Shown: positions 62,524-64,000 of the stretch, piece after piece
How positions within the stretch are numbered: the first letter of the stretch is position 1
How the letters are laid out: each line of letters opens with the position of its first letter
Notes under the pieces: generated by a model
What the model was told of the DNA's origin: nothing
The model's input: only the letters and a program-made list of their open reading frames with translations
The model's database searches: none
Translations under genes and position numbers: made by a program
Source: Candidatus Oxydemutatoraceae bacterium
GTDB taxonomy: Bacteria > Pseudomonadota > Gammaproteobacteria > Poriferisulfidales > Oxydemutatoraceae
Direction: 5' to 3'
DNA: 64,000 nucleotides
Assembly: GCA_965218975.1 (NCBI GenBank)
Contig: OZ244717.1
Span: 32,001-96,000, forward strand

Positions 62524-64000
62524 ATGCGGCGAAAAATTCCGACACCTCTGCAGATTGTCTGCTTAATCGTTTGGCTAATCACCTCGTGTAGTGAAAAACC
62601 GGTAGGCTATGCCATTGCGACCGCGCATCCGCTCGCAACACAGGCGGGTTCTGAAATACTTGCACAGAACGGTAACGCTTTTGATGCGGCAGTCACCATC
62701 AGTGCGGTATTAGCGGTTGTCGAGCCCTATTCATCCGGTTTCGGCGGAGGTGGCTTCTGGCTATTGCACCGCCGACAAGATAATCGGCAAATCATGCTCG
62801 ACGGGCGCGAACGCGCACCAAGCGGCGCGAATCGCAACATGTATTTAGACAAACAAGGAAATTTAATCGAAACCAAATCTTTGCTCGGCCCTCTCGCGGC
62901 GGGTATTCCTGGATTGCCTGCCGCACTGGTTCACCTTTCTAAAAATTACGGTATTTTACCTTTATCGGTTACATTAAAGCCTGCTATCCGATATGCGCGC
63001 GAAGGTTTCCCTGCCGATATAAAGTTAGTGGAAATGATTGAAAAACGCAAGGGAATTCTATCTCCTATGGCGAAAAAAATATTTCTGCCGAATAATAAAG
63101 TCCCTGACCTAGGCGACACGATTTACCAAACCGACCTTGCCGATACTATTGAGCAAATTGTTATACATGGCTTTGACGGGTTTTACCGCAGCAATGTTGC
63201 GAACAAACTAGTAACGGAATCAAGGTCCGCAGGCGGTATTTGGACATTGGCGGACCTCGCTACTTATACAGTGGTTGAGAGAGACCCCATCCGTTTCTCT
63301 TTTCAGGGAGCCTCTATCACCAGCGCGACATTACCGTCGTCCGGTGGTATCGTCTTGGCTGAAATTCTGAACCTGCTGACACAGCTCGGTGTCCACTCGC
63401 CACAAAACTCGGAAGATATTCATTACATCATTGAAGCAATGCGGCTGGCTTACCGTGATCGCGCCAAATGGTTAGGCGACGCCGACTTTGTCGAGGTGCC
63501 GCAAAAAAAACTTATTAGCCCCGCATACGCCAAACAACTCGCTCAACAAATCAGCGCCCGACATGCCGGCAAAAGCAATCGGTTATTTAACACACAACGA
63601 AACGAAGGTCGTGACACGACACATTTCTCAATTATTGACCGACATGGCAATCGTGTCGCCGCAACACTTTCAATCAATTATCCGTTTGGGTCCGGATTTA
63701 TCGCCAAAGGCTCCGGAATACTATTCAATAATGAAATGGATGATTTCTCGGCCAAGCCCGGCACACCGAATATTTACGGTCTCATCGGGGGGAAAGCGAA
63801 TGAAATCGCACCAAACAAGCGAATGCTATCAAGCATGTCGCCAACGTTTGTGGATGACGGCAAACGTGTTGCCATCATCGGAACACCCGGTGGAAGCCGC
63901 ATTATCACAATGAACCTGCTAGGAATTCTGCGCTTCCTAAAAGGAGAAAATGCGGCATCTATTGTTGCGGCAAAACGTTTCCACCATCAATATTTACCTA
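62524..64000 (+). CDS. ggt: Gamma-glutamyltransferase (3' end beyond window; absent from the ORF track)
   Basis: Hand translation from ATG 62524 gives ITSC lipobox-like signal, AHPLATQAG, GNAFDAA, SG.GGGGF, DTTHFS (catalytic Thr), NNEMDDF, SSMSPT, GTPGGSRII. Confidence 0.93.
   Translation, partial: MRRKIPTPLQIVCLIVWLITSCSEKPVGYAIATAHPLATQAGSEILAQNGNAFDAAVTISAVLAVVEPYSSGFGGGGFWLLHRRQDNRQIMLDGRERAPSGANRNMYLDKQGNLIETKSLLGPLAAGIPGLPAALVHLSKNYGILPLSVTLKPAIRYAREGFPADIKLVEMIEKRKGILSPMAKKIFLPNNKVPDLGDTIYQTDLADTIEQIVIHGFDGFYRSNVANKLVTESRSAGGIWTLADLATYTVVERDPIRFSFQGASITSATLPSSGGIVLAEILNLLTQLGVHSPQNSEDIHYIIEAMRLAYRDRAKWLGDADFVEVPQKKLISPAYAKQLAQQISARHAGKSNRLFNTQRNEGRDTTHFSIIDRHGNRVAATLSINYPFGSGFIAKGSGILFNNEMDDFSAKPGTPNIYGLIGGKANEIAPNKRMLSSMSPTFVDDGKRVAIIGTPGGSRIITMNLLGILRFLKGENAASIVAAKRFHHQYLP

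Noticed and set aside
63488-63913. 141-aa ORF in the track
   Set aside because: Alternative frame inside ggt.

Overview
About 64 kb of a gammaproteobacterial chromosome. Na+-NQR suggests a marine or Na+-adapted organism, and decayed genes hint at host association (both inference). Most of the window is housekeeping: tupABC, tpx, pepP-ubiH-ubiI, zapB-zapA-6S RNA, a complete type II secretion cluster (gspC-D-A-B-E-F-G-H-I-J-K-L-M-N) bracketed by an O-oligosaccharyltransferase-like gene and a rhombosortase, tatD, a XylM/AlkB-type monooxygenase with a divergent CarH/LitR-like regulator, nqrABCDEF-apbE-dinB-nqrM, hemL, glycosyltransferases, a type II R-M pair with a broken endonuclease beside tRNA-Ser(CGA), M16 peptidases, rsmD-coaD-yfhL and ggt (truncated by the window end). 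The standout is two inverted, non-autonomous copies of an IS481-family element (44331-46006 and 55450-57043). Their transposase gene is interrupted by 11 copies of a structured 98-bp unit. Every unit has the same orientation relative to the transposase and one invariant junction (...GTCTCACC|CT or |CAT). The other junction is variable, joined by microhomology, and often carries neighbouring transposase sequence with it. This looks like a small one-ended mobile element parasitising an IS; I see no enzyme for it in this window.
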